Made by a program: the position numbers and the translations under genes. From Kondoa subrosea (Eukaryota): a DNA stretch of 64,000 bases. Below are positions 24,013-37,042 of this stretch, one piece after another. The DNA lies in NCBI GenBank assembly GCA_039545335.1, contig BCIN01000001.1, positions 1,472,604 to 1,536,603 on the forward strand, in the 5' to 3' direction. The notes below the pieces were generated by a model. The model was given only the letters and a program-made list of their open reading frames with translations, had not been told where the DNA came from and did not search any database. How positions within the stretch are numbered: the first letter of the stretch is position 1; each line of letters opens with the position of its first letter.

Positions 24013-24851
24013 TCAATCTTTCCTGGTTGAAAGGGTACCATCGAACTGTGATCGAGGGTTCAACAGTAAGCAAATGTACTCGCTCAACATGCAACGTCCG
24101 ACTCACTCTCTGCTTGAACCAAGCCTGGCTCTCTTCCTTTGTCAAACGGTGAGGAGCTCCCACCCTTGACTTGCATCTCCTTCGTCGGGCAACTCTTGCG
24201 CCTGGTCGGCCTAAGCAGCAGAAGAAATCCATTCCGAAAATCTGTAGACGTCCCACCGTCTAAGTCAGTCCAAGCCGACTTGATAGGCAATGATCACCTA
24301 CACCAATTCCAGGATCGTACTTGAGTCCCAAATCAATGTGTTCTAGAATCACACTTCTCAGCTGATGCCAACCGCACAACGTCTTTCGAAACTGACCCTG
24401 AATACCGAAACCAAAGTTACCAGTTGCTGAAAAGTTTCTCTTCTTCAACTCGTATTCCTTGACTTTCAAACCACGTTCCAAAATTTCCTCAGCTTTAGGT
24501 CCACGAATGGTTACATGAACAGCGATTTTTTCGTTACGTCTGATACCGAATGATCTGACAGTATAGCGAGCTTTTGAAGTGACTGGTGATTGACCGGTTA
24601 ACTGTTCCAAGACTTTGGATGCTCTTGTAAGTCTGTCTCCTGATTCTCCAACAGAGATGTCTGTGCAACGAAAAGTCAGGTTGTAAGTATTCCGGTATAC
24701 AGATGCACAGACTAGCACGCACTGATGACTAGCTTCTCAATACGAAGCTCCTTCATAGGATTGATTGCAGTCTTTTCCTCGGCCTGTTACAGCGAGTAGA
24801 CATCTCAGCATTTAATGTGGTGAGTACACAGATAGGCCTGAAGCGAACCAT
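24013..24851 (-). CDS. RPL11: 60S ribosomal protein L11 (uL5)
   Basis: [66 protein letters not shown]. Confidence 0.97.
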
Positions 24852-25016
24852 GACTAGAGTTTGGCGTGCGCGAGAGAAAGGAAAACCCCTTTCAAAGCCT
24901 TTCTTTTGGCACAACTCTCTTAAGTGTTAAGTATTATGTTAAGCTCCGTCTCTGCTTCTTGCAGTCTTATTCTTCCCCTTCTCCCTGGCCTGTCATATAC
25001 CCCTCCTTGGCCCAAG

Positions 25017-25923
25017 ATGTCTTCCAAGAAAGGCGGCAAAATGCTGCAACTAGTGAATTATCGACTTCGAGTGACTTTAACGGATTCTCGTTCTCTGACT
25101 GGTCAAATGTTGGCTTATGACAAACACATGAATCTGGTATTGGCAGACTGTGAGGAGTTCAGGACATTGAGGAAAAAGAAGAAGGGGTGCGCTACTCTCA
25201 TCTCATAGGCTGGGTACAGCTTTTGGTTTGCAAATGTTGATGTGCCGTGTTCTGATTGATTAGAACGACATCAGTATCGGATTTGGACGAAGGACCACAA
25301 GAGATAAAACGAACGCTTGGTCTGGTTATCCTACGTGGTGAATCTATAGTGTCATTGAGCGTCGAAGGTCCTCCGCCTGCACCGAAAGAAGACCCAACAG
25401 CTGGGGTGGGTCTACGTGCTGTCTATGCTGGTTCTCAGCTGAAAGCATCACGGATCTCACAGCTGGTCCCTGGTCCTGGTAAAGCGATGGGTGCTGGAAG
25501 AGGTTTAGCAAACATGCCTCGTTCGTTCAAGCTTTGGTTCTGTACTTTCATGTACTAAGATCAATTCTTGTTCAACAGCACCAATGATGAGAGGAGCAGC
25601 ACAACCAGCACCAGGCTTCCCTCCAGGCATGCCGGGAATGCCAGGAATGCCAGGCATGTAAGTCCAAGTCCTGCGAAATCTCATTACTTGAAGATCATTG
25701 ATCCTGCTTTGCTTGTCATACAGGCCTCCTGGTTTCGGCGGTTTTGCTCCTCCTCCAGCTGGCTTTGCTCCCCCTCCGGGCTTTGTAGGTCTAATATCAT
25801 GTTACAATTGTACTTCAACAGAACTGACTTGTATGCTTTTAGGCTCCACCTCCAGGTCATTGCCGGACAATTCGATCAATTATACAAGCTGACGTATTCT
25901 GTCCTACAGGTTTCCCTCGATAA
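25017..25923 (+). CDS. SMB1: Small nuclear ribonucleoprotein SmB/B'
   Basis: KMLQLVNYRLRVTL.D.R...GQMLAYDKHMNLVLADCEEFR, KRTLGLVILRGESIVSLSVEGPPP; Pro/Gly-rich tail. Confidence 0.95.
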
Positions 25924-26250
25924 ACAGATCGCATTCCATCAAAGGAAACAAGACCGTAAACATCAAGCTCGTAATTATCTCGAACGACACTTCTCAGGGG
26001 AAGGATGGTAATAGTATCTATAGATCTCCAGCTTGGCCTTTTCTACCATGTCAGGCAGGAACGATAAAAAAGCGTATCAAAAAATGCACAATTGTACTTT
26101 TATCATTATGCTGTGGTATCTTACTGCTTGCTTTCATCCTCTTCTCACTTCTAGTACTTGTTTGGTGGCCTTCCATTAGTGATCGTCCAAGAAGGCTCAC
26201 TACTCTTTTGCTCAGCTTCCACTCTGGCTTCATTAAATAGCAAGGACTTA

Positions 26251-28276
26251 CTAATCCGCAAAACAATCATACTGGAAATCAACCTCCCTAATCCGCTGTT
26301 TCATAGCCCCAACAAAAGTTCCCAATTCGCACCAACCATCTTTATCTTTTCCACATCCTTTCATTCCACTAGTAGGTAAAATCCCATCATTCAATAACCA
26401 TCTAATATATTCTTTGCCTGTTGTTGAGCAAGTGATGATCTGACCAATGAGGTTAGTAGCAAAGGGAGAAATATCGGCAGTGTTCCATGATAAGTTGTCG
26501 GGGATATGAGTGAGAGGTAATGATCCTGATGCACCTAAAGAAGTGAAATTCATCGCTACTAGGATCGAAGTGATATCTGTGTCGTGGCTTGCGTCCTTCA
26601 AAAACAACATGAGAAGAGGTAAAATATGGGTAAAAATGCGGCAAGCTCACAACGTAGATTGATTGATCTAAGGGAAATAGCTCAGAATCTGAAGTGATTG
26701 TACCGTTTGTCGATGAGTTATGCGTTTGGATAGGCTCTTGAATCAGGCGAGAGACCACTGCTGTACAGTCAGTATTGTTTGACCAATGGTGCGGGGAGCA
26801 ACGTACGCTCCTGCACCCAACCTATTCCCATAGCACTTGAGACTGGACTTCCGAAACCGTATGAGTAGTGGAACGATCTGGTAGCTTGTCAGGCTGTTGC
26901 CTCAACTAGACAGACATAAAGCGTACAGATCAAAGTAGTACTCGAATTTCTCCATCTCCTCCGTTGTGAACAAGGGACAAAAGGCGGAGTAGCCCAAAGC
27001 GACAGTCTCGTCTGCAAAGTCACTTTAGTAAATGCATGAAATTGAAAAGCTTGGCGAACAAGAGCATAATTCGAGCATGGAATGCACATCAACAACAGAC
27101 AACTCTACGCCTTCGATCTAAATCAAATCTTCAGTACATCACTCAGTCGCTCAAGAAGTGACTGACCTTCTCTTGTAATCTCCTGACTGTCTCTGGTAAG
27201 TATGACGCAGTCCAATTAGCGCCCGCGACCCAGCCTAAGCGATTCACAGGGGTTCCATCATTGGGGCAAGCGAAATGCGGAGCAAGAGTATTGTTGACTC
27301 CAGGAGCTTCGAGAATGTATTCTTGATGGTACTGTTCTTCAAAAGGTATGCCAAAGAACCCTGCTGCAAAGTTCAGAGCTGATTTAGCCATTCGATCTTG
27401 TGATGTTGTGCGAAAGACTGGTTTGTGAGTCATCTTGTCCAATAAGTGACCATATTTCAATCTGAAAGAAACGCCGAGCTGGAAGAGCTGTTGGCGACCA
27501 AAAGGTGTGAGTATTCTGTAAAGTTCTCATGAACAAGCTATTATATCACATTTCCTTACGAGCTTACTCGGCTCCAAGTGGGTATTTCCACTCCCCCAAG
27601 AAAGCCAATTCATCCCTGACCAAGAAGTTCTTCGCCGCCTTTAGCTTCTCAGCGAATCTAGGTGCATTCGATCCGAGCGTTGGATATCTCTAATCGTTGG
27701 GAATATGAACATGATGATCTCATAAGCTGTTCGATAGATTTTGGGACATACAGCGCCGTGCCTATGAAGCAGATGAACTTGCTTCAATTCGCATTCAGAA
27801 GGGATCGTTTCCGAAGCGTTGGCCATGCCGAAACGTTCGGAGGGAACAGACATAAAAGGAGATAAATTGCCATGAAGTCTCAATCGTTTCTGAACATCTG
27901 CATCTTCCGTATCCGGTCCCAAAGGATAGGCGTGATTCAATCTAGGCTGAGCTGGTGCTGTAGCTGCCAAATATGGCTCGATACCGGCTACGAAAGGTTT
28001 GACTTCAGCTCAACTCGCTTGTAGCACGTTTGAGCAAAGCTGACTTGGTGTAGGGCCATGGTAGGGGACACGCGAGAAAGATGGAAAGCGAGACGAGTCT
28101 GAAGAGTGCTGCACAGCAGAATTGCTCAATAATGACAGAGCTAATGCTAGAACCGCGCAGGTCATGAATCCATAGGAGAACGGTAGCAGTGTAGCTCGAT
28201 AGGACTGTCGAGATCGGATTGGGGTGTCAAGCAGCTGTTCCAGCTCATGGGTATCATCCTTCTCCTTGTACGACAT
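26251..28276 (-). CDS. Histidine acid phosphatase / phytase-like, with N-terminal membrane anchor
   Basis: HLLHRHGA|RYP (RHGxRxP), LTPFGRQQ, RMAKSALNFAAGFFG, DASHDT (HD). Confidence 0.9.
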
Positions 28277-28306
28277 GGCGGTCGAAAGTCAACAAATCAC
28301 AGCAAT

Positions 28307-29540
28307 TCATTTCGTTGATGCACCCGAAGCTCTCCAAGCTGATACAATAAGCGAAGCGACCGCATCAACGCCTTCGTGCTGTTTGGAAGGCGAAAGAGAG
28401 GTAAATATAGTTGGGCCCGAGTCACGCATCTTTGCTGCATCTCTAGCCATCACGTTTAGATCGGCGCCAACATGAGGTGCCAGATCGGTCTTATTGATAA
28501 CCAGCAGATCAGACTATGTACAGATTTTCATCAAGCATGCTCTGATTGCGAAGGAGGATCTAACCTGTGAAATTCCTGGACCGCCCTTCCTCGGTACTTT
28601 ATCTCCGCCAGCTACATCAATGACATAAATGATGAAGTCTGTCAGTCCACATCAACGCGAACTTCCTTCGTTGACGTAGATGAGCGACGTACCTGCCAAC
28701 TCTCGAGAGTAGTTTGCTGCTAGGTTGTCTCCCCCGCTTTCCACAAGAAGCAATTCACATCCGTATTCTTCTTGTAGCTCTTCAAGTACATGCAAGTTGG
28801 CCGAGATATCTTCTCTGGTAGAGTGTAAGACCAGCAGAAATTGATGTGATGCCAAATGCCTACCGAATAGCAGCGTGCGGGCATCCGCCTGTCGGGATCG
28901 TTAAAGTCTGCAGAGCTAACAGTAAGATACTAATTACCTGTCTCTACTGATCGTATTCTTCCTGGATCTGAAAGAGCTGTGGAGACATATTAGCTCGACA
29001 TGTCATCCTCTAGCGAAGGACACACCCTGATTGCGAATCAAAAATTCCTGATCCTCTCTTGTGAAGATGTCATTCGTCAGAATGGCTACGGAATATAAGC
29101 AACGCAAGTGAAGATGCAAGGACGCTACTTGCCGATATTGTACTTGTCACGGAACATTCGCGCTAGCGCTAATGTGAGAGCAGATTTTCCGCTTCCTACA
29201 GGTCCTCCAATCCCTGTCCGCAAGCACCTTGCTTTAGCATACAAGAAGTTGCTAAAGGTAAGGTCACCACGGACCGATAGTGAAAGCTCTTTCTTTCCAA
29301 TCCCTACCAGAGAAGTCTGGTTGATCTCGTTCTGCAAACTTGCCCGCATGCTCCATGATTTCATGTCTTCCAATACAAATCGCATAAACGCCCTTATCTT
29401 CTTATCGCCCGACAAGCAGGAACTCACGTATGACCATGATCTGCTGCTCCGTGTGAATGTCCTCCATGCGAATGAGAATGCGACTCTGCAGCTGCAGAAG
29501 TGGATCCGCTAGCTTCGAAAGTGCAAGTTTGGTTCGACAT
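28307..29540 (-). CDS. ureG: Urease accessory GTPase UreG
   Basis: His-rich N-terminus, [75 protein letters not shown]. Confidence 0.95.
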
Positions 29541-29610
29541 CGTGATTCGTGACATGTCTGCTTTGTGACAATCTGAATTTACTGCATGTTCTCATGCTCT
29601 ACCAGCCCGA

Positions 29611-31395
29611 TCACATCACTGATTCCCTACTATAAACAGCCTGCAATGTCTTGAGAAACCCTGAGAACGTCGAAAATTTCGTCCTACAAAACGTATCAGC
29701 ACCCAACCGGTCAATGGCAGGTGAACTCACGTTGCTATACCTACAAGTGATCGACTAGCAATCTGAGCTTCCAAGAATGGCAGCAGAAAATTTCGCAAAG
29801 GTAGACCATCCTGCTTGCTATGCAAATGTTTCAGTCTGGCCAGATCAGGTATCGAGGTAGTGAAATCGGACAAAACGAAAGTGCAAGGAAAAGTACGGAA
29901 GAAAGGTGCTAGTGCTGGGTCTTGAGTTGGATCTTTTGAATCAGAAGCCATGTAAAGATGACGGTTTAGATGAAGGAATCGAGGATCACTGTGCAGAAGT
30001 CTTCTACAGCACCAAGAAGCTTGCTGAGTAGACACTGCTTGCGATGGTTCAGGAGCGCTAAAAGTACCGTTGAGGAAAGCTCGAGTGTGATCTTCCGACA
30101 AGCCATAGACCTGCCGAGCGACAGGTCACTTTATGGGCGTCCTTATACAGAGCATAACTTACACCACCAGCCAATTGCTTGAATGTCTCAGACATGATCT
30201 CGCTTTTGTGCGTCTTCATACTCATACATCAGACTTGTTTTCTTTCTTGATGTTCCAGCTCACCTTGAAGCCCCCGTCACCAACTCGACAATGCACAGAA
30301 GCATAGCCATTCCTTCCACCCAGTCGATTAATCACTTCATCAGCCACAGCATCGACAATCTCATTCTTTATCGCGAAACTCTCCATGACTTTGTTCTTGA
30401 AAGCTCTATTCTCCTTTCTGCTCAATGACAATCTTCCTGTTCCAAACATGGATCCAAAATAAAGCAGTTTCTTGTTCTGCATTTCCGGCGTTAAAAGAGA
30501 CTCGATAGTTGTGTATTTTCTATATTTTGACTTTCTTACTGATGCTGATTCTAGCGGTGCGTCGAAGAATTGATAATCATAACGGGAAGAATAAGGGAAG
30601 ACTTGGATATCTTGAGGGTCCAATCCGAGCTCTGAAGAAAAGTAATCTTCGGCAAACGTAGTGCGGTGAATCATCTTGACCAAAGGTGCTAGACTTGTAA
30701 GATTGAACAGGAACGACCAAGTAACGTCTGTGTAATCGTTGCTCAGTCAACAGAGGAACTCTATGGGAGCAGGCAGACGAACCTGTAGATTGATCATAAC
30801 GCCAGCAATTTCCCTTCAATTTCGCACCGCTGTCATACATCGGTTTACACTCTTCTACCACTCTAGCTTTCTCTTGCTTCGTCAGCAATCTCTGCAAAGT
30901 TTCTCGAGGTTTCCAGGAAATCGCTTTACCCAATCTGACCGTAGGTATGATCACTGTCCGATTAAGCATGAAGCCCAGAGTTATAGCGTTTGCTACCGCA
31001 ATTCTTTGATTGTGAAAACCAGAATGGGGAAGATAAGCTAGATAGCGTTCCGAATGTGAATTGACCAGGACAGAGGGTAAAGATGGTTGGGTATCAATTT
31101 CCTGTGGTATCACAATACTAGATTCATCGCTTGTAGAGGTATTGGAGGAAGAAATATGCTCTTCATGCTGTACAGATGCAGAAGAAGGAACCGCTTGAGC
31201 ATAGCTAGCTTGATTTGTTGCGTGCCAAGCGTTGCTGTTGCCCAGGAATCGAGGAGCAGATAAGAGAATGGTACTGACTGCTACTCCAGCAATCAAAGAG
31301 AGAACCAGAACACGCTTGATTCTAGCAATGTCTGACAAGGCAGATCTTCTTGAGCTCCCGTCCAGCAGGAGCGAGTAGGAGTTGCGGTCAGCCAT
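29611..31395 (-). CDS. Type II membrane glycosyltransferase-like protein (CigA / O-fucosyltransferase-like)
   Basis: N-terminal TM, YLAYLPHSGFHNQRIA, LNRTVIIP, FGSMFGTGRL, HCRVGDGGF, LYMASD, FSTFS. Confidence 0.75.
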
Positions 31396-31760
31396 GGATA
31401 TGAGAGGTGACTAGCAGTCAATTTGGGGTATCATGAAGCAAGAAGAGCCGAAATAGACAACGTCAAAGCAACTTCGTCAAAGCACAGACCCTCGGTACCA
31501 GCGGCCGGCTTCCAGTTTCATGCAAGTTGGACGCAAGCACAGTCATTGGTCACAGCAAAGGATGTCATGCACAGAACCTGACTTGCAATTGGTTGGAGAA
31601 GAAAGACCAGCAGTTTCCGGGTTCGGAGGCATCTGATTATCATGCAAGCATATGATGTTGATTCGGAAGGATCTCCTTGGCAGTACGCAGCGATATCAAT
31701 GATCTGATGATTGCTATGACAATTCAGCTCAAACCAACCCTGTAGTAAGCCTGATAGTTA

Positions 31761-33059
31761 CTACTCTTCCTCCTCTTCCTGCACTACATCCGCGACACTT
31801 GATCTTGCTCTCTTAGCCGAACCAGGACTCGGAGGTGGACCATTTGCAATTCTAGGTGTGATCTGCTGTACTGGTAATCGACCAAGATTTAATGGAGCAG
31901 GTGAGCTTTTATTCAAAGCAGAAGAGGAAGAATATGTTTGTGACTGTTGCTGTTGAGAACGAGGTTGGAATGCTGGTCGACTATTGCTGGAAGAAGAAGT
32001 ATCGATCAAGCTGACTCCGGCGTTTTCATCTTCTCCGTCTGAGGTATCGTCTTCCTCTTGTTGGTTTCTATATGAGTTGGAAGAGGAAGCCTGTCTTTGT
32101 GCTTGAGCGAGAGGAGGTGTTTGCGGTCGTTCTCGAAGTTCTTCAGCCAATTGAGCTTGAGATCGATCTTGAGGTTTCGGTATTCTATGTAGTAATCCAT
32201 ATCCTGCACTTGCGCCTAACAAACTTGCGCCATTCCCCCAATCCCTATTCGGTACTACAAAATAGATTTCAGCTATCAAGTCTACGCATTGAGCAACAGA
32301 ATGAGACTAACCTATAACCACTTCCCGTGTCACATCGAAATCCGCATTGTACACAAACAACCTCACAGGCTTATTGGCATGCTGCTCGATCAGATCATAG
32401 AAATCGCCTTCCTTCTTCAACACTCCTCCAGCGTAGCCAATCACATAATCCCCGAACGCAACCAAACCAGCAGCTTGAGCCGGACTGCCTTCCAATATAT
32501 CTAAGATGTGCCAAACTTGTTCCAAAGCTCCTTCGGGTGAACAAAGGCGGAGGGAGAGACCTAAGAGCGAAGGTTGAGCGTCTTCATGCGTTAGGACTGC
32601 TTTAGTCGGTAAAGACCAGTTCTGCGAAGGTGCGATGCGCACGTCTATTAGACCATCAGGCATCCTAAGCCACAAATGCAGCAAGGATGAGTATGGACTA
32701 ACCTCGAAGTTCTTCTCGCTTGCTAGACCAAACTTGCAAAGTGATAGTCTGTCTCCGTTGTTCTGCTTTCTCTACTTCTGCCTGGAAAGCATCCGTATCC
32801 TCTGACTGTCAGATACAAAGGCCGCCACATCAGCACTCAGACCGATACATTCCCTCAAGTACTGACCATAGCTGTTCCATTATACCCGACTATGTGATCA
32901 AAGAATGGCTCGATGCCTTCAAATACAGGTCAGCCTGGCATAGTCTGGCAAGACAGAGCTGTATGACGGACCAGCTTCTGCTGCTGGAGAGCTCTCAGCG
33001 ACGCGCAAAACATGCAAGCCCAAGTTTGTTGATGCTACTCGCGATTCGCCAGCTCCCAT
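31761..33059 (-). CDS. GRH1: GRASP55/65 Golgi reassembly-stacking protein
   Basis: MGAGES (myristoylation-type start), LHVLRVAESSPA, GIEPFFDHI, SLLGLSLRLC, VWHILDILEGSPA, VPNRDWG...LLGASAGYGLLHRIP. Confidence 0.9.
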
Positions 33060-33314
33060 CTAGGAAAGTCTGTGTATATATGTAGGTTGAAAGGAATGTG
33101 ATGGGCTGCAGTGTATCAGACGAGGACCAGAAGCAAAGTCGCGAGCCAGATGGTTGAATCAGATCAAAGAGCATTAACACATTGGTGACAGAGCTGAAGG
33201 CAAAGGTTGTGTCAGACAGTACTATACAGAAATTGCAATAACAAAGCAGCAGGAACAAATCACTATCATACAGTATTGTTTACTCTTCACCCATGGCACT
33301 TCGCATTCAGCATC

Positions 33315-34332
33315 CTATTCTTCATCCCTTCCGAGCCTCTTGAGAGCAGTACGAGAGTCCATTGTGACATCACGTAAGATATCGACGTATTCACCAGTTT
33401 CTGGATCTTTGCATTGGATTGCGCCTAAATGAAGCATTGACAATGAGCAATAAATCGCGATAGGATAGAATGTAAACGAACCTAATCCTGTAGGTTTCAT
33501 GTGCTGATAGATCGCTTCGACACCTCTTCTCGGCGCTTCGAAAGTCTGTGGAGAAATCGAACGTTGGTCAGTTGAAAGTTCAGACCGCCCGAATAGCCTG
33601 AAGGACCTCGTGGTAAAGTCCAAGGTGCTCAGTCTTAGCCGATATAGAGTTCCAGTAAGACCATCCCTCCTCTACACTCCTACATAAGCACCATGAATAC
33701 TCTTGAAGGAGGAAACAACATACTGTGTAATGGAGAATGCGCAAACTTGTGCAGATGTTCCATTGAGCGAAAGTAGAAGATGGTCATGAGTTGATTGCAG
33801 CTCGCTTCATCACGACCAATATAACCATTACTGCCAAGTAATCCATATTCGTCTGCATGACTTTCCAAATCTTTCTCCATCTTCTCGAAGTATGCACCAA
33901 TAGCTTTTGCTTCAGTAGAGAAGATGCCAAGGACACTGTAAGGCAGATCAGAATTCCCCCCGCTGACTAGGCAGACCACAGGGCTTACTGATTACTTTTG
34001 ATGCCCAAGAGAAAACAAACTACTTGTTCGGTAGATTGAGGATCTTGGTTCAGATCAGGAAAGCTTCCAGGGTATACCACGCCTTGGAGCGATTTATTTT
34101 CGACCAAATTGAGCGCAACGAGTAAAGTATTGCCAGCTCTAAACAGAGCGAGAGCGAAAGTTGGAAGCACAGCGAGTCGGAGAGGAAGGATGGAGAGAAT
34201 ACAGCACTGAAGCGTGGCTCCCAGTAGAAGCCAGCTTGTCAGCGAAAGGTGATCTCGCAAGACCGTGATTTTGGCTGCGAAGCCGGCAGCATGTGAGCGA
34301 GTTTCAAAGGGAGAACTTTGCTTGGATGACAT
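33315..34332 (-). CDS. DUF4188 / Af470-like putative monooxygenase (dimeric alpha-beta barrel)
   Basis: RDHLSLTSWLLLGA, VVCFLLGIKSNH, EYGLLG, YFRSMEHLHKFAHSPLH.EGW.YW, GLYHE.F, YQHMKPTGLG. Confidence 0.75.
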
Positions 34333-35044
34333 GGTGTATGTGAAAGAAACAGTTGAGAGCAAGAAGCAAGAGGAGAAAGACACCAGAAGGCATCGACATG
34401 TATGGGAATTCGGTATTTTGGTCGGTTTCCACTGCTTTGACTGAATAGCCGTCCTATGGTGACTGGCGCACAAGAAAGTCGTTTGTCAATCCTTGCACTG
34501 CATCTCTATTACTGTCGCTGGTTCTTGGCTGCTTTGGAAGACCCGGGAGTGTGCATTCCGGACTGGCGCTGTCTTGATACCACGACTGGTCTGTACAGTA
34601 GTCCTCTCGCCTATGTGGCTGGATCTATCGCGACTGTCCGAAGGAATGACTTGATTGAAGCCCATTTCTTCGCTTCTAAATGATGGCCATGATTTTGCAC
34701 TTCCTTTCATGGTTGTAACACTCCTTCGGCAAAGCTTGATCTTGCCTGTGGACATGTTGTATTGCTGTATCACAGAAATCCGTCGCGTCCAGCACGATTT
34801 AAATCATTTCGTCAAACTTGTGAATCGCCGTGCAATGCTTTGGGGTGAACTTCTTCTCCTCCTCTTATCTCTCTCATCTCTCTATGCGTCCATCGATTCA
34901 ACAAATTGCAAGAAGGTGATGCGATTGTTCATTCATGTTCTCGGTTTCGATCGGAATCTTATCTGTATAAATGCCACACCGACCCTCTTTGTCTCCCATA
35001 TCTCATATCTCGCGCCAGAAGTACTTCGCATCCAGCTCACAATC

Positions 35045-35443
35045 ATGAACTCTTCACTTCGCACAAGCCTTAACCGTCAGACCCCAACGAAGCTTCGATC
35101 GGCATCAATCGTGCGTGAACTTCTTTTGAATACTATCGCATATAACATTTGATTCACTCTTTCCCTCTTGCCTCAGTCAAATCATCACTTCCTTCCATCA
35201 GCACAAAACATGGGCAGCAAAGAATTTGCTTCAAACACAGCTGCCAAAGTAATGTCTCTCCTTCTGTTATATCAGACGAAAGCTGATTCTTCGCCGCAGA
35301 TGCAACCCATAACCGATCGACATCAGCTCACATGTCTAGATAGCACTGAGGTAGTGCAAATGTTGCGAGAGAAGGGGGAATCTAGCCTAGATGGAGGGAG
35401 GGAAGTAGATCGCTGGAGTTTAGGGGAAATTCTAGGCTTGTGA
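35045..35443 (+). CDS. Small hypothetical protein (93 aa, 3 exons)
   Basis: Two phase-0 GT-AG introns (35111-35176, 35249-35299) join an open frame; TATAAA near 34965. Confidence 0.45.
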
Positions 35444-35610
35444 GATAGCTGGAAGGTATAATCGGTCAGACCACACTCTGTACTAGACCCTTAGGCATTA
35501 TAGAGACTGCTGAGAATAGACGTCAGACTAGATTACGTAATGCTAGCTTATATAAAAGCTCAAAACTCTTGCTTCTTTTCCTTCGACCAGTACAAGAAGA
35601 AGCAGTCAAC

Positions 35611-36775
35611 ATGGTGAGCTACCATATAGCAGGCTCGCAATCTTGTTCCCATTCTGTGTCTTTCCTCCCTGTCTTCAGTCTGCTGTGTCGAAATCCGAGA
35701 TCAAAGCTTCGCTTGCTTCGTGCCCTGTAGAGATCATTCAGAAGATCATCTATCAAGTCACCGACTTCAGTTCTCTTGTCTCTTTGTCCCAGACTTGTTC
35801 GTCTGTACGGAAGGTCATGCTCGACGAAAGATTGTGGAACCATGCTTGCTCTCTCGCTGGATTTGGGAGAAGTCTCATTCACAAAGATGCAGGCTGGAGA
35901 GAAATGGCTGCTGCCATTCATTATCATGGTACCAATTGCGATGTCTGCTCCTTGGCTTATAAGGACACCCACAAGCCTAAAGCTTTGGAACGCGGTAAGC
36001 GACAGCTCGTGAACGCGAGTTAGGCTCATTGATATACAGAGCTCCTTGACAGACTTACCACCGTCTTAAAGAAACCCAAGAACTCTACCAAACTTTGCTC
36101 TCATCTCATCTTGGACCACAGTCGCCGCAACGATAAGAACAAGCTGTACATTGAGCTATCTGTGATGTACTGGGACGACAGGAAGGTCGAAGCCAGACCC
36201 CTCATCGAGCGCAGTGACGAGCATTGTGACAATTGGGACACTCCTCGTGGCCAACTCAACAATCACATTACTGTCGCCAGTTACCTCGGCACGAATTTGC
36301 CTGTAGCCGAGCTCACTACCATTACTACTAGCGATGTCCCGTTTGGTTTGCAGTGTTCGAATCTGTCTGGTTCGCGCTTATACTTCATTAAAGGTATGGA
36401 TCCCGAAACTGGACATCAAGCGAAGATGAGGGCATTTGCCGCGCGCGGATGCGAGCAGTTGAACGAGGTGAAGAACAAGGATGGCCTGACATGTCACGAT
36501 GTTCTTCAAGCTGCCGGCGATGTGTACGTGAAGCCTCGTTCATGTCTAAGCTCCTTGCTCATGATTGGTCGTAGGCCTTATCCTCCTGTGAGCGCAACGT
36601 AGGGACCTCCGTATGAAGCTTATTTCGTAATCCCGAGTATCCAGATGGCTAGCTGCGGTAAGTGAAGGCATCTTACCCAATCCCTTGGACTCACGCATGT
36701 TCAGGCGAGACCTTACTCTACTACGGCTGCACTCTTATGAAAGGCGGGTCAGTTGTGGTCGAGAATGTACGTTGA
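35611..36775 (+). CDS. F-box domain protein
   Basis: ATG|intron|..LASCPVEIIQKIIYQV..SLVSLSQTCSSVRKVMLDERLWNHAC (F-box pattern); TATATAAAA near 35549; 3' end approximate. Confidence 0.65.
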
Positions 36776-37042
36776 GGTGAGAACGAAGAAGGTAGAAGAA
36801 ACGGACAGATGTGAAGGGAGAGGAGAACCAAAGGACAAACATGATTCATATCTTGGACTCCAATGTGCATAATCTGCCTTATACAATCTCAAGGAATCGA
36901 AAGCCCGTCGCATGTTGTCACAGGTCTCGCTGTAATAGCACAGTGCATTGCGATTCTAATGTACAATCTTCATGACTGCAGTCAAGTCAGGTCCTTGGCG
37001 AGACAAGACCGCATACATAATCTTCCCTTCGACACAAGACGC

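Noticed and set aside
29425..29485. His-rich N-terminus of UreG
   Set aside because: Normal for eukaryotic UreG (nickel binding).
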